Positions 36,094-50,700 of a stretch of 64,000 nt of DNA are shown here, piece by piece (position 1 is the first letter of the stretch; the number at the start of each line of letters is the position of its first letter). The notes under the pieces are model-generated. The model searched no databases. It had not been told where the DNA came from and saw nothing but the letters and a program-made list of their open reading frames with translations. The stretch covers positions 14,384,001 through 14,448,000 of the forward strand of contig OZ116704.1 of the NCBI GenBank assembly GCA_964199315.1, read 5' to 3'. The position numbers and the translations under genes were made by a program. Source of the DNA: Orbicella franksi (lineage: Eukaryota).

Positions 36094-37141
36094 CAGGGCT
36101 CGAAATTAACTTTTTCGTTCGGGAGCCAGCTGGCCACTAACGGGAAAAATTTGGTCGCCAGATCGTAAATTTTGGTCGCCAACTTATTTTATATATAACT
36201 CACATGAGAACATTAACATGATTTTCTACGTTACTTTGCATGCAAGAAAGTCACAAATGAAGAGCTAAAACTTTTGAAAACAGCACGAGTAAGACTTATA
36301 AACTGTTATAAAGCTACCGTTGTTCTCAGATTATAGGGAGCTTAAGCACGCGCGTTTTTGAGAGGCGGACGGCAACCGGAAGAGAAGATTTCGCATGCTT
36401 GGACCGTATTGTCCCCCAGATTTTTATACTACTCATCTCTAATGAAGAAAAGATACTTAGCAATGTGAATATGGGTGTGTGAGGACAAGTTTAAAGTGAA
36501 AAAAGCTCACTTCCGGTTACCATCCGCGTCTCAAAAACGTGTGTGCTTAAGTTCCCTGATGTCTCTGGTTCGCAGGTGATGGTTTTCTTCTAAGTTATTT
36601 TAAATGGAGCGAAGCACAAAAACTTTTACGCCCGTGGTTTTCGTAATGACACAAACATGGGTCCTTTTGTATTTCTTCAAAACGCAGTTCTTTATTTTCG
36701 TCGCCTTTTGCCGCTGATAAACAACACTGTGCTTGGTCTAGGCTCCTACACAACTGATCACATCTGCCGCCATTGTTCTCGCGTTGTTCTCGCGAAAAGC
36801 GCACGGTGTTGTAGTGTGCCCGCAATCCCAGTTTTGGAAGAGGCCGCTGAAACAATATGACGCTTGGTAAACGCAGTTTCGACGTGTCGAAGTAATTTTT
36901 ACGATTTTCTTGTAATATTCAGACATTATTTTAGTGGGGACGGAAAGGTGAATTGTCTACGAGCTACCAGATCTGAATAATTTCCCTATCTTAAGATTTA
37001 AAAACAAAAGTTGTGTTGTGGTCATCTTTACTTATCGTACAAATCGCGAGTCGCCAGCTAGCGACCAGTTCTGAAAATTTAGTTGCCAGTGCTCAATTTT
37101 TGGTCGCATTGGCGACCAGTGAGTCGCAATTTCGAGCCCTG
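36094..37141. mobile_element. Non-autonomous TIR element (CAGGGCTCGAAATT ends), 5-bp TSD
   Basis: Perfect 14-bp TIRs, TATGC on both flanks, and subterminal TGGTCGCCA/TGGCGACCA repeats. Confidence 0.88.
36335..36557. mobile_element. Nested MITE with about 48-bp TIRs
   Basis: AGGGAGCTTAAGCACGCGCGTTTTTGAGA... / ...TCTCAAAAACGTGTGTGCTTAAGTTCCCT. Confidence 0.85.
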
Positions 37142-37399
37142 TATGCATTTGAATTTCACTTGAAAAAACCTATTGCAGTCCATACTAAGCCATGATAATT
37201 ATTCTGAAAAAAAAAAACAAAACAAAACACAATGCAACGTGCAGAGAGAAATAATTCATAATCTAAGGAAATGTGACTGACTGCTCAAGGTTAACTGGCC
37301 AGTGAAATATGTGCAAGATTTTAAGAGAGATGTAGCATGTATTTGAGTCTTGTGGCAGCGCATGATCTTATCAAACCATAGCTTTTCAGCATGGTTATC

Positions 37400-37590
37400 C
37401 CAGCATTTAATTCACTGGTGCCAACCATTCAAAATATACACAATGACAGAGAGAGGCACAGTGAGAGTACAGAGTCTTGCACAAGAACACAATGAAGAGA
37501 CCAGCTTGCTTTCTAGGGACATTGCAGAGCCCATGTTCAAACACAGACTGCTTCAACCAGTGTTCAGCACACTAAGCCATTAGACTACCA
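37400..37590 (-). mobile_element. Degenerate SINE 5' half
   Basis: GAGAGGCACAGTGAGAGTA..TCTTGCACAAGAACACAA matches the 34832 copy. Confidence 0.55.
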
Positions 37591-37851
37591 GGCATGCATC
37601 AAATCTAAAGTTAGTTTAAAACAATTGCAGTTGTAAAGAAAATGATCCCTAAAGTAAAAAAAATAATAAATTCCTTCAACTTACAGAGTTAAACTTTCTA
37701 TATCTGGTCATTGATCATTCCATGTTAATGAGGGGAAGTTGGACACTGACAATGTGCTTAAATCAAGACACTTTGAAGAGGTGGTATATAAAAAAGCTTA
37801 TACAAGGCTTCTCTCAGGGAGGTTCAATCACACTTTACTGACTTATTATAA

Positions 37852-38114
37852 TGGTAAGAAAGGTAAAGTCTGCATACAAGCCAAGTAACCCATCAGGACA
37901 GAGCTTAAGCTGGTTTCTATAGCATGAAATGACTAGGAATTTCCCCCTTGGATGAGATGCTAGTCCATCGAAGGGCTAACCCCAGCATCAAATTCCCCAG
38001 CATCAAATTCCCCATTATCCATTTGTACACCTGGGTGGAGAGGGTCTTGCCCAAGAACACAACACAAAGTACCCAGTCAGGGTTCGAACCCAGACCATTA
38101 GACCACCCGGCCTC
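37852..38114 (-). mobile_element. tRNA-derived SINE with an internal 15-bp duplication and a deletion
   Basis: Same family; CCCCAGCATCAAATT occurs twice in tandem. Confidence 0.85.
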
Positions 38115-40829
38115 AAAACTAAAGTTAGTTTTAATTATGGAAGTTGTATGGAAGTTGTAAAGAAAATGACTTACTGAAATTAAAAAAAAATAAACTCCCT
38201 CAGCTCGTAGAGTTGAACTTTCTACATCTAAGTTACCTGTACAATGGGCAAGCTGGAATTCAGTCCATTCAGTCCATTCCAGTTTCCATGCTTGTACCAA
38301 ACTTTGAGATGACAGTTCTTCAGTTAAGTGGATTACAAAATAAACTGACTTTCATTTCTGAAAAAAAAAAAAAATCAAAATTTAATGTACAGTTAAACCC
38401 ATTCACAACACTTTGAAAGGTGGGGGAGAGTGTAATCTCATGTGTTGGTTCATACTCATCTGATGTTTTGCGCTTATGACTTCACTCACTTTATGTGTAA
38501 ATCATACTTTACAGAACACCAGTTTATTATACTTTTTTGTGTCTCTGACTTTTAGTATGAAGTATAGCTTTTTGAGTAAATCATACTTCGTGAAAAACTA
38601 GTTAATAATCCTTTTATGTAATGACTCTCAATTTTTTCTACCTAAATCAATATTGTAGGTATTTGTAAGTATTGTTGGGAGAGTAATCAGTGTATGTACA
38701 GGTTAAATTGTAAGCATTGTTACAGTACAATAAGTCGAGTAATTAGATGTAAAAAATTCTATGCTCACACCAGTCACTAATGTATAACACAATACTAGAT
38801 CAACAATGTTTCTCTATTTCCTTTCTCACAATTCAAGGAAATCTATAATATACTGCTGAAAAAGATAAAACAATAAGCTCTGTAATAAGGCAAGGTAATA
38901 TGAGCAACATTTTCTTTCACTTTGGTGTCAAGCAATGTCGCATTACAAGTTTAAAAGTGCTGTTGTGCTTGTTTAACTGCCCAAGTGGCAACTGCAACAA
39001 CATATATATGCATGAAGAAGAAATTACTAATAATTATTACCTCTGTACAAGATAATCCTATGACTTGGTGTTAGTAAGTGCAGCAACAATGCTTTTCAAC
39101 TTGCATGGTGACATTTTTTTGTTGTTGTTGTACAAAACAGTTGCAAAGAAAACTTGTGTTGTTTGTATTACTTCAGGCCTCTATATGCCAGTGCCAGTGC
39201 ATTTATTTTGAACTCATTTTGACTGAGGCTGAATCATAACATGAAATACACTGGTAAAACCAGCTGGTTATGACCCTGGGCTACCTCGTACAACTTTGTT
39301 ATGACTTTTAGTTGGGATTTAAACTGCAGGGAAAGCTTAGATCCAGGGGGAGAATGGGCTTATAGGCTGCTCAATGTAGAATGGTCTCGTGAGCTATGAG
39401 TTGTAGAAAAGGCAAACCCAGATTAAACATTTTGATCTGCACTGTCAAACTTCTGGAAAGTAGACAGTGAGCTTTCAGCTCTTTTATACAATTTTCCAAC
39501 TTCATTTCCAATACTGGTGAATTCGGTGAGGCAATGTAATACAGTATACATCCCTCTGCTTTAATTGGCACATCTTGAATTTCAAGTTTATAGAAACGTG
39601 AATTATTTAACCTAGCAAAACAGTGTTGTGATACTGCTAGGCAAGTGAAACTCACTTTACATGTAAACACTGGAAGATCAATAGATGAAACACTTACTGC
39701 ATGTTAACAATACAACAAGTTCAAAACAAGCTGACATCTACTGTGTTAAACACTGGTAACTGTTGAGGAACTATAAACGAAACTGGATAAAATTCACAGG
39801 GAAGAAGCACTTGCATAAAGCACTACAGCTGAAAAGTTGCAAAAACATCGATGTCAACTAGTGTCAACATACCAAGTCCCCATACACATCGATCGGATGG
39901 TCCCAGATAACAGAATCTCGTTCGCATACGTTTTAAACGCAGTTACCCCTCGCTATAATGATGGATCGTGTATTTTATTCGATTATCTGACACCTTATTC
40001 CTCGGTTTCAAGAATCAACCATGTATGCCTTTCATTAAAACAGGCAGGCTTTTTACAGGGTATTGTGGAGGACTTGAGATCGATAACTCTGCGCTACGAG
40101 GTCTAGTTTCCACGAGTTTCTTGTTTCGAAGTGAAACCTTTACACCAAAAACTCCTGGGGCAGTTTTTACCTTGGCTAATAAGTCTGAAAATCTTTTTTA
40201 AAGCTTCAACTTTACGAAAATAACTCACCTTTAAATACATTCTTTGCTTGCTACCGCAGAACTCAATTCGATCGCCATGTTGGATCGAGCGCCCAAATGT
40301 CAAATGCAAACAGGCCTCACTTTCAGGTGGGATTGTTTTTTCAACCAATGCGCATCGGTGGCAAAAATAGTAACAAGCAACAAGTACATTGAAAGAAGAT
40401 TTGAAAACCGTTTTGGAGCGTAGTATGTAATATTTAAAATAAAATGACTGGGATTACAGCCGGCCAAAATGAGCTAATACTATCAGAAAGACGAATGAAC
40501 TCTCTAGTATGCATTGTCACAGAAGCCTACTTTCTCGAAATTATCGTCCTCTATCACGAACTGTAAAAAAAAAGTCTTAAATCAAACTGCACCAAGAATG
40601 CTTCTAAAAATTTCTTCTCGATGATTAAATAAGTCGCCATCACTTTATAGTAAGATAAGCTTCAGGGAATCCTTGTGGTTTACACTGTGCGCATAGTTAT
40701 ACGATGGTCAACATCGGGGATCTTTCAAAGTAAAAAAAAAGAGCAAATTAATTTATCTATCAGTAGAATGGAGTCTGGACTCTTTTGCAGATCATGACTT
40801 TTACTTACTTTGTCACTGTTGCTTTTTGA

Positions 40830-41138
40830 CTACAGGAGAGTTCTAATGTACATGATTTTGTTAACAATCTTAGTCATATCACAAATGCGTACACATTTGA
40901 TGTAATTCTTGGAGATTTTAATATCAATTACTTTAATGAAAAAGAATCACACAATTTAAAGAATATATTGGAAAGTAGATTGGGTTATCAACAAATTGTG
41001 AGCACACCAACATTTTTATCAGGAAGTCTTCTTGATCATGTTTACATCAGATCACGTAAATTTAAAAGTGTTGATAATAGTGTGATTGGGGTTTACTATT
41101 CAGATCATGATGCAGTTAAAATCGTCATTCATTTATGA
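40830..41138 (+). pseudogene. AP-endonuclease (EEP) C-terminal remnant, Helentron/Helitron- or LINE-derived
   Basis: VILGDFNINY...PTFLSGSLLDHVYI...YYSDHDAV* contains the GDFN, LDH and SDH motifs and ends in a stop, as in C-terminal endonucleases. The upstream part is frameshifted or missing. Confidence 0.8.
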
Positions 41139-43955
41139 TGTAAACAATAATTTGCAGCTGAAGAAACATGTAAGTGTTTTCTAAAGGCTTAAAATACATG
41201 TTGCATGCATTTTTGATTTTATGCAACAGTACAATTATTGAAATAGTATCATTTAATTTGAACAGAAAATTTAATGAATGAAGTGAATATGGTGATAAAG
41301 TGAGTATTACAGAGAAGTTCTATGTTAGTGCATAGCAGTCAGTGTTGTACACAATGTGTAGAACCATGAAGCCCGGACCACCACCAAGGTAAGTTTCATA
41401 ATTGTAAATTTATAGTTTAAAATTAAAATGTGACTTGGATTATTGAAACTACAGCATAGTTTTGAATTTTATTCATTTACTTGTGTGGCCATTTATGTTA
41501 AGGATCAACACGATTCGTATAAGATACTTTTTATTCATAGTTTTTTGTATTGTTATTTTTTGTTGTAATTAATTATGGGAACAAGTACTTTACTAGCTGT
41601 TGAAAGTGCCGAAATTGTAATTTGTAAAAGTAAACCTTTTGATTTTTATCGTGAACTTGGATATATATTAATTCAATAGTCTTCCTTGTCAAAATAGCAA
41701 AACTTAAATATTTCTTTTCTGATTGTTATATAACTTGCAGATTGGGGACATTGCACCACATTGTGTCACTTTCTCAATAATGGATAAAGTATACATGTAA
41801 CCAAAAACAAGTGAATGTGCAGTACAGTTTGAACACAATGGACATCTCAATCAGCACAAAAACATTACTGGCTCATGCATCTCAAGTGTGGAAGTCATCA
41901 AGTGTTATTTAAGTCAAGGAATTGGTGGTCTAGTTTACTTCAAGACAATGGAAATGAAATTCTAAAGAGAAACTATTTGACATATAACAAAGTGAAGATG
42001 AAACCATAGTTCAAAATATGATGATATTCAATGCCAGTAGAATGACATTTCTTTTAGGAAAAATTACCTTCTCAATTAATTTGTATTGATTCGGGAAGGC
42101 ATTTGTCTTCTAAACTTTGAGATCATTTTGAGGAACATAAAATCTATAGTTACTGCCTTAGGAGATTAACAACAACATTAAAGCTACTGTTGAATAGAAA
42201 ATATGATGATCTTGATGACAATATTCAGTAGAGTATTCAGTTGACATTAATTATATGCTGTGCAATTTACTATTATTATTGTCATCCTTCTCTCTCTATG
42301 AAGAACAGAAATAATAAAGATAGCACATGTCAAATTACATGTCGAGTATAGCGCGTTTAAGGTTATTGTACAGAAACCTCTCTTTGTACAATTCAAATCG
42401 GGCACAGTATGGTCTGCAGCACACTCATTAACATACAAATCGATCGAGACTTAACACAGAAAATAGAGAAATTTTGAATTACCTTGGTTTATTCCTTCTA
42501 ATTACATGCATCTCACAGGTTTTATGGGTGACGATCCAAAAAGCTGAATTAATGAAGGTCACAACTTCATGTAGTCGATGAATTGGCCTGTTGTAAATAC
42601 TCTCGATGAATCGGTCCTTTGTTGGAATTTTGTTTTTGGTTTAAAACCGCAACATGGCGTGTAACTTCCCAAATATTTAAAAATCCTTTGTTCCACGGAA
42701 GTTTTCCACAGAGACTTTGTGTGCTTTCTTTACGTATGCAATTGTTTCTATCGAGTAAATTTGAAACATTTTGTTCCTTTTAAAGCAGTTGGAAAAGACT
42801 TCTAAAAATTTAAAACAGTGCGGTGGACTTGGTTTCACCGAGTGGGGAATAACTACTGATTGTGATGATTGTCATAATGTAACACCAGGAATGTTTAAGG
42901 TCATTCCTCACATTTGCATTGCGCATCCTTACTGCGCATAATTTATGGCGTCATTAGCGCATGCTTGTGCACGCACATATTGAAAACATGACGGATTTGC
43001 CTTGATATTGAGCTCTGTCAGTTGAAAAATGGCTCTAGCTCACCAACGAGCACGGGCACCCCAATTTTTTTTCTAGTCATTGTAATCAACTAATCATAAG
43101 CTTTGTGTGAGAAAAGACTGATCTAATTTCTATCGCTGAAAATTGAATAAATAAGGGAAACAGCAGATACAGTGTGGTCTTTTCTATTTTGCAGTCGGTA
43201 ACCACGTCAAGAACTTTGGTTCAGATTTTTAATCAAGGATTTAGCTTTCTGTCTGAATCAAACTTAAACTTTCATTTGTGTCCGACACAATGTATTGACT
43301 GTAGTTTAATGCGTGTTCTTATGAGTCCGGGCTTACAAAAATGTTACAATTACTGGGAATGCATTGTTATAATAAGCATTAAATAATGCCAAAATGGGGC
43401 ATTTTCAATGCCTCACTGCTCCTAAATGAGCATGGACACCCCCCTTTTTTATTTCAAAATTGAAGTTATCATATGACAAATATTCAGTGGACAAAGTTTG
43501 AACAAAAATCTATTGTCACTTTTATTTCAATTTACCTTAAGAGTGTTGTCCGAGTTGAGAATGGACCGAGGGATGGGCAAAGCTTTTTGGCTGGGTGGGG
43601 GAAGGAGTGGGGCTTAGTCGAGTGGGCAGTTAGCAAAAATATATGCCATGAAAAACTTCGAAACTTTGAAATTTTTGCTGTAATTAACAAGAAATCATGA
43701 ATTATAAAAATATTAGTCAAGTAAGTATCGATTACACAATGATAGTGCAACAGTATGTTCTGTTGTAACATTTAATTGACAGCTAGTTATTGTTCAATCA
43801 TGGTGCAATAGTTTATATGTTGATGGTGCAATAGTTTAGTTAAATAGCTCACGTATGATGTTGCTGAACAGTGCAGTGGAGTAACGCGAATTCTCAGAGG
43901 TGAATAGTGGTTACAATTCTCTTCCATCAGTGCATAATTGTTTCTTGCTGTGAAA

Positions 43956-46900
43956 ATGTCGAAAGGTAAGGGACAGCCGAAACTGGGGAACTATATTAAA
44001 ATAGACTATATTTTTATAATTTATTTTCTCTATTGCAGAAAGGAAAGACTTTGGTAAGAGTAAATGTTTAAGGAAAAATAGTAGTACCGTGGAGGAAAGA
44101 GTTTCAAACACAGGTTTGTTGTTGTCACTTTCAGTTGTAAATTAAAAGAGATAAGCGGTAGAAATAGCGGCATCTTGCGAGAAAAATGGTAAAAATAATA
44201 ACCTTTTTTTTGCTTTACTAGGCAAACAAAAGCAGCAAATTAAACAACAGGAGATCTTTACTACCAATACTGAAAATTCTCTTAGTGAAACAGGAACGTC
44301 AAAATCTACAGGTGAGTGAAATGTTATTTCTGTCCGTCGATGGTTTCTGAATTACTAAATTTTCCTTACATACTTATTATCTTTTTGCTTTTTAAGATAA
44401 GCTGGTTGGATTGCTCTACCGATGTTGTATTTAAACATTTCGGATGCTGTAATAAATAACCATTTGACTCGACTTGTAAACAGTGTTTACTGGGATATCG
44501 TTTTTTCACAGGCGAAACTGAAGGAAAAAAGATGAAACTTTGAAATCCAGTGACTACTCTTTTTGCACTGGACAAAATGAAGGTACCAAATGTCACAACT
44601 GTGTTATTTTGCGTCTACATGGTGAACTGAAACTTTAATCCACCAAATGCCGTTAATAATTACAGGCTTCGGGTTAACAACTAATGGCTTTATGCACGAC
44701 CATCATTACCAAGTGTACCGGAAAATAGTCATTGTAGTAAATTATGCTAAATAAGTAATAAGTCAATCCGCTGATGGTCTAGAAAAAGGGTCAGCAGGTT
44801 GTAACAATTCAGCTCAATTTGTTCAGTACAAATATTTACAAGATCAAAGGCTGCCACCTCTTTAGATCATGCAGGTTTTGAAACAGCCAGTAAAAGAATG
44901 ATACTAAATCTTATTTAGTTTTAGTCCGGCTGTGGTTTAGCAAGAAGCATTAAAGGTACTTTTTAACTCGAAATATGTTTATTATTTTCCAAGTTGCGGT
45001 GGTGAAACGGTTTCACTCCATCACTCCATCACTCCTTTACTCTTTAACTCACTTCCCATTAGACATGTGGAAACCGGAAGGGGGGAACTCTCATATGAAA
45101 AGGCAAGAAATGCTCTTCGGAAAATTACAATTTAACTCCTGACGGAGACTAATGTGGACGTTGCCTGAGCTTCATTACACGGAATAGGTTCGATTATTAA
45201 CCACTGTTCAAGAAAGGATTCCACGCGCAGTTGTAGATCCAACTCGGGTACTGCAGAGATGAGGGAAATCAAGCCTGAAAACAGAAATTAAATTAGAGCG
45301 TAGACCAGAATCCTTGGTTTGTAACCGGGACAACGAGCATCCCCGATCTTACATATTGTTATTTCCCCGCCGGGTTTCGAACATGAGCAGTCTAAGGCCA
45401 TTTTAAAGTTTCTTGCTGCGTGTCAAGTTAATTATTTTTGAGATATAGAAGTTGAAGGTGTAACGAATTTTCCATAGTAAGGAAAATACTTATGGTTCTT
45501 GACTTAGCGATTCGATTCAGGAAAAGTGTTAGTGGTTTTTCATTCACAAAGCTACGCGATATCGTAAGTTCCAAAGCAATCGCCTGAAACAAATGATTTA
45601 TTTTAACAGGATTGGAATTCGTGGACTCTCGCGCAGCGAGTAAGCACTGATCACACTGTGCTACGTGCACATAAGAATTTACTTGGGGAAACGTTACCTA
45701 TATAATTAGGTACAGAAGGCTCAAGTGCCCCATAACACCCTTTCATTATTATTTTCCGAGTTCAGTGGGTCACAGCCACTTTGATTTGTATTCAAGGTGA
45801 ACTGCTATCATTGTTTTGTTACAGGTGAAACTAAAGAAAAGAGAGATGAAACATTGATATCTCATGACTACTCTTTCTGCACTGGAGAAACGTCAGCGTT
45901 AACTGAAGGTACAGAATGTCAGAATTGTGTTATTTTCTGTCTACATCGTAATGTAAAACTTTAATGTCCCAGATGCCGTTAATAGCTACAGGCCTTAGCC
46001 TAACAACTAATGACATTACCAAAAATCGTGATTACCAAATGTGCTGGCAAATAGTCATTTTACTGAGTAAATTATGCTAAAGTAATAACTCAATCCGCTG
46101 ATAGGCCTAGAATGATTGGGGAGCGTGGAACAGTTTAGCTCAATTTCTTTAAGACAAATGGTTAAAACATCAAAGACTGCCAGCACTTTAGAATATGGAA
46201 GTTTTAAAACAGTTAGTAAAGGAATGATACGAAATCTTATTCTCTTTTTTGTAGCATCTTTTAGTGAAGGTCAACTGAATAAACAGTTTGATGGAGATGC
46301 AAAGGAATGTGATCATCTAAAGGAAGTTCCGATCTCTGGATATATTCATGATACTTCACCAGTAAAGCCGAGCCGCAATAATTATACATATTTCAACTTT
46401 AAGTTTCAAATTGCAAATGGTTTCTGCGATGGAGTGCACTTTGATAAGAGTCTCTATAATCAGGTGAAGGAAAAAGACGAAACGCAAAAGAGTGTTAGGC
46501 TCTCCAACTATTCATTGAAAAGGTCATTGCAAAATAGCAATAACACGACAATTGTCATTAATAAACGTACTAAAACTTGAGAGTATTTCAGAGTGCCCAT
46601 TTGATCACCAGGCACCTTCAAAACGATTTATAAAAATCAGTGAAATCGATAATATTTCAGATTTTACTTTAGTTTCAGTTATCGGGAAAGTACATATCAG
46701 ATCAGAGCAGAGTGAAGTTAAGGTTCTGGAGCGGTCAGTAATGAAATTGGATTGTAATATAGCGGACGACACCAGTGCAACTAAACTTACTTTATGGGAC
46801 AAAAATATCCCCTTAGTCCAAGAAGGGCAAGTATACGAAATGGTCAATGCAAGAGTTCGCTCATTCCAAGGAGAGAAATATTTATCAAGTAACTTTGACA

Positions 46901-47376
46901 CCATCATTACTACAGTGAAATCGGATGTGCGGAATATGACAGTTGTTCCACAGCTAATGGAAAATGAAGAGTCTCTTTCACTGAATACTGTAACTGTCAA
47001 TCGAATTGCTGGGGTGCAAGAAATTCAACGCTATGCAGCTTGCAACAGTTGTCACCGTAGACTGAGCAATCTCCAGTCAGATCTAAGTACTTGTGATTCT
47101 TGTGGGTTAAGTCAAATCAAGACAGCTGCAGATCAAACACACTTCAGTGTAGGGGTATTCATTGGCGGAGAACACAACGTTCTTTTAAGAGTTCTTCAAG
47201 ATCAAGTGGAATCTTTCATAAAGTTGTATAATGAACAAGCAAAGTCTTACAACAAAATTAATGTGGAAAATCCCACAAATTCTGAGATTATCGCTGCATT
47301 TTTGGCAGCGCGCGAGTTGAAAATAACTTTCAACACTAAAAGTAAACTGGTGTCTTCGATTTTATATAGCAAATAA
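43956..47376 (+). pseudogene. Spliced RPA70-like ssDNA-binding protein (OB folds plus C4 zinc ribbon), two 1-nt frameshifts
   Basis: Exons 43956-43965, 44039-44053, 44222-44311, 44512-44582, 45825-45908 and 46255-47376, all phase 1. OB motifs VIGKV..IADDTSATKLTLW..YEMVNARVRSFQGEKYL; zinc motif CNSC..CDSC. Frameshifts fall in A-runs near 44525 and 46572. Confidence 0.75.
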
Positions 47377-47749
47377 GTTAAAGTAACATTGCCTGTTGTT
47401 TTATTTAGGTTAGCAAGGAGTTGTAAAAGTTATTGCTTTGCAACGTAAAGAAATGGAAAAGCATTTCCTTGCTGAATCTTACTTTGTTGAAACTTAATGC
47501 TATAAGATATGTGTATAGCAAGTTAGGAGATTGATTTGTAGAATGCCCAATATTGTTTATCTTCTAGAAATTGTTTCCTTTTTTGAAAGTGTAAGAAATA
47601 ATTCATTAGTGAAAAATATTGTAATATCACTGAAATGCATAATGTTTAATAAACTGTTGAAAATTGTTCTTGTGTTGAATATATACAGTTCGCTATTTAA
47701 AACTAAGCAAACGCCTTAGTGAAAAGTAGAAGAACCGAAGCCAAATGGA

Positions 47750-50700
47750 TAGTTATAGAAAACCACCTTCGACCCTGGGAATAGGATTAGCATCCTACAT
47801 AGTATAGTCTGTAGTTGCTTCATGCCGGAAATGAAGTCCAAAGATAACGAAGAATCTTGTCCATTCGGGAAATGAAGCCTGCCCGACAACTAAGATATGT
47901 GATGCTTTATTTAACTTTTATGTTATCTTCCTTGCTCTCAACTGATTTCTTTTTTCTTGCAAACGTTCCTGTTGTACTGTCAAACATAAAAGGACCCCAG
48001 CAAGAACAAAAAGTTCCTGTGTGATCAATTGGGAAAATTGATGGGTAAACAGTTCTAGCCAAACTTCTTTGATATAAAGATAAGAAATAATTTTTTGAAC
48101 AATAGCCGATGTACAATTGCAACAATAACTGAAAAAGGTAAGTCACAAAATATTCTTTCTTTTTGAAATGCGCTCTTTAAAAAAGTATGCATAAAGTCAT
48201 TGTCCCAGAAAACAAAGTAATGAAAAAGACTTAAATATTAACATCGTAGAAACATGCGGACAGCCTTGGTTATAGTCCCCACAGAAAAATAGACTTTTCT
48301 ACATATAACTGGACTTTGAAAGTTGCCGAAACATCCACTTATTTTAAAAATGATTAGTTATAGCTATGTCAAAGTGGTCAGTTGGCCTGATAACAACCCG
48401 TCCCATTTAAAACGAGTTGGTATCAACAGGGGAGGTTTGGTAAATTTCGTTATTTTGTAGCAATGTACATCTGCCTCAAAATAATGAAATAAAGTTTCAG
48501 TATAAAAAAATATAGTTCTGTTGTAACAGTCCTTGATTGCACATAAAAACATAGCAAAATGTTTACAGATAGAAATGGAGACATGCGAAGACGCAATGGA
48601 GAAACAGAATATGTAGGCGACACATTTGAACAAGTGCATAAACAACTCCTTAAAAGGAAATATGATGTGCATATACGAACCAGACAATGGCGCATACAAC
48701 GGAAAAGATACAAGGAATACTTGGCGTCATTTTAGACCTACTGCACTAAAGGATGGCATTTCGTTAAAATTGTTATTCTTAAGAAGAAAGAAATGTTGAT
48801 AAGAGAAAGTATAAAAAAAAGAAAAAAAAAAGGCATATTTTTTATTAGATTCTTACAGCGACAATCATAGAGGGCAGACCTAGTTAGAAAAAAGCAAAAA
48901 GAAGCGTGCTAATAATTTTGCTCAAAAACAACAGAGCTCATTATACAACCGGGAATAGGTGTTAGCACACAAAAATAATTACACAACCAGTGGAACAATA
49001 CATGAGAAACGTAGACAAATGATGTAAGTAGCAAGATCAAGAAAGACAGGGATACAATTGCCTTCATAAAACGTGTAGCCGCTCATGATGTTATGTTATC
49101 ATGAGAGAGTAGACGGAAAAAGAAAAGAATAAGCATTTTCCAATGGAGTCTGACTAATGCAATCGAAAATAATATATCTACTTGGAAAAAGTGCCAAAAA
49201 CAAGGCTAACCTCATTCAGTAACCACTATAGGAATTGATAATATAAATTTAGATTGAAATGCAGTGAAGAGAGGAATGCATTGTAAACATACAGAAATGA
49301 TCTCAAAAAGATAAAAAACTACAAAAAGGTTAACAAAATAATTGGAGGATAATCAGCACTCAAGTGGCGGCTATATATGAAAATTCTTGCAATATTTATC
49401 AAACCACAAGCCAGTAAGGTAGCAAAGTACATATGCCTCAGACCAATGAAATAAAGCTTTAATAGTACGGTTCGACATTTAACGCTAAACAAATGGCTTA
49501 AGTGAGAAGTAAAAGAAGCGAAGCAAAATGATTAGTTATAGACAACTACACTGAAAGTAAGATTAACATCCTACACAGCTCATGTAGCATAGTCCCAAGT
49601 TGCTTCATGCCGGAAATGAAGTCCAAAGATAACGGAGAATCTTGGCCAGTCGATAAATGAAGCCTGCCCGGCGAATAAGATAGATAATGCTTTATTTCAC
49701 TTTGATGTTATCTTCCTTGCTCTCAACTGTTTTTTTTTTTTTTTTTTGCAAACATCCCTGTCACAATGTAGAAAATAAAGGGACCTCAGAACAAGAACAA
49801 GAAGTTCCTGTGTGATTAACTGCATTAATTGATCGATAAACAATACTAGCCACAGTTTGGTAACATAGAGATAAGACCTAATTTTTTGAACAATAGGCAA
49901 CATACAACTGCAACAATAACTGAAAGAGGTATATCACAAAATAGTTTTTTTTTCCAAATGCGCTCTTTAAAAAAGTGTGCATAAAGTCATTTTCCCAGAG
50001 AACAAAGAAGTAAAAAAGTCCCCACAGAAAAATAGACTTTTCTACTCATAACTGGACTTTGAAAGTTGCCGAAAAATCCACTTATTTTAAAAATGAATAA
50101 TTATAGCTATGTCAAAGTGGTCAGTTGGCCTGATAACAACCCGTCCCATTTGAAAGGAGATGGAATCAACAGGGGAGGTTTTGAAAACTTGTTATTTCGT
50201 AGCAAAGTACATCTGCCTCAAGATAATGAAATAAAGCTTGAGTATAAAAAAATACAGTTCTGTTATAACAGTCCTTGACTGCGCATAAGGACATAGCAAA
50301 ATGTTTACAGATAGAAATGGAGACATGCGAAGACGCAATGGAGAAACAGAACATGTAGGCTGCATGTTTGAACAAGTGCATAAACAACTCCTTAAAAGGA
50401 AATATTATGTACATACAAAACAAGACAATGGCGCATACAGTAGAAAAGATACAAGAAATACTTGCGTCATTTTAGATCTGCTAGATTAAACGATAAATTT
50501 CCTTAAAATTGTTATTCTTAAGAAGTAAGAAATGTGGTTAACAGAAAGTATAAAAAAAGGAAAAAAGACATATTTTTTATCACATCCTGATAGCGACAAT
50601 CATAGGGTGCAAACCTAGTTAGAAAAAAAACAACAAAAAAAAAGCGTGCTAATACTTTTACTGGAAAACAGAAGAGATCACTAGACAACCGAGAAGAGGT

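Noticed and set aside
39371-39670. 99-aa minus-strand ORF with nearby splice-like sites
   Set aside because: No recognisable motif, and I could not build a consistent exon chain.
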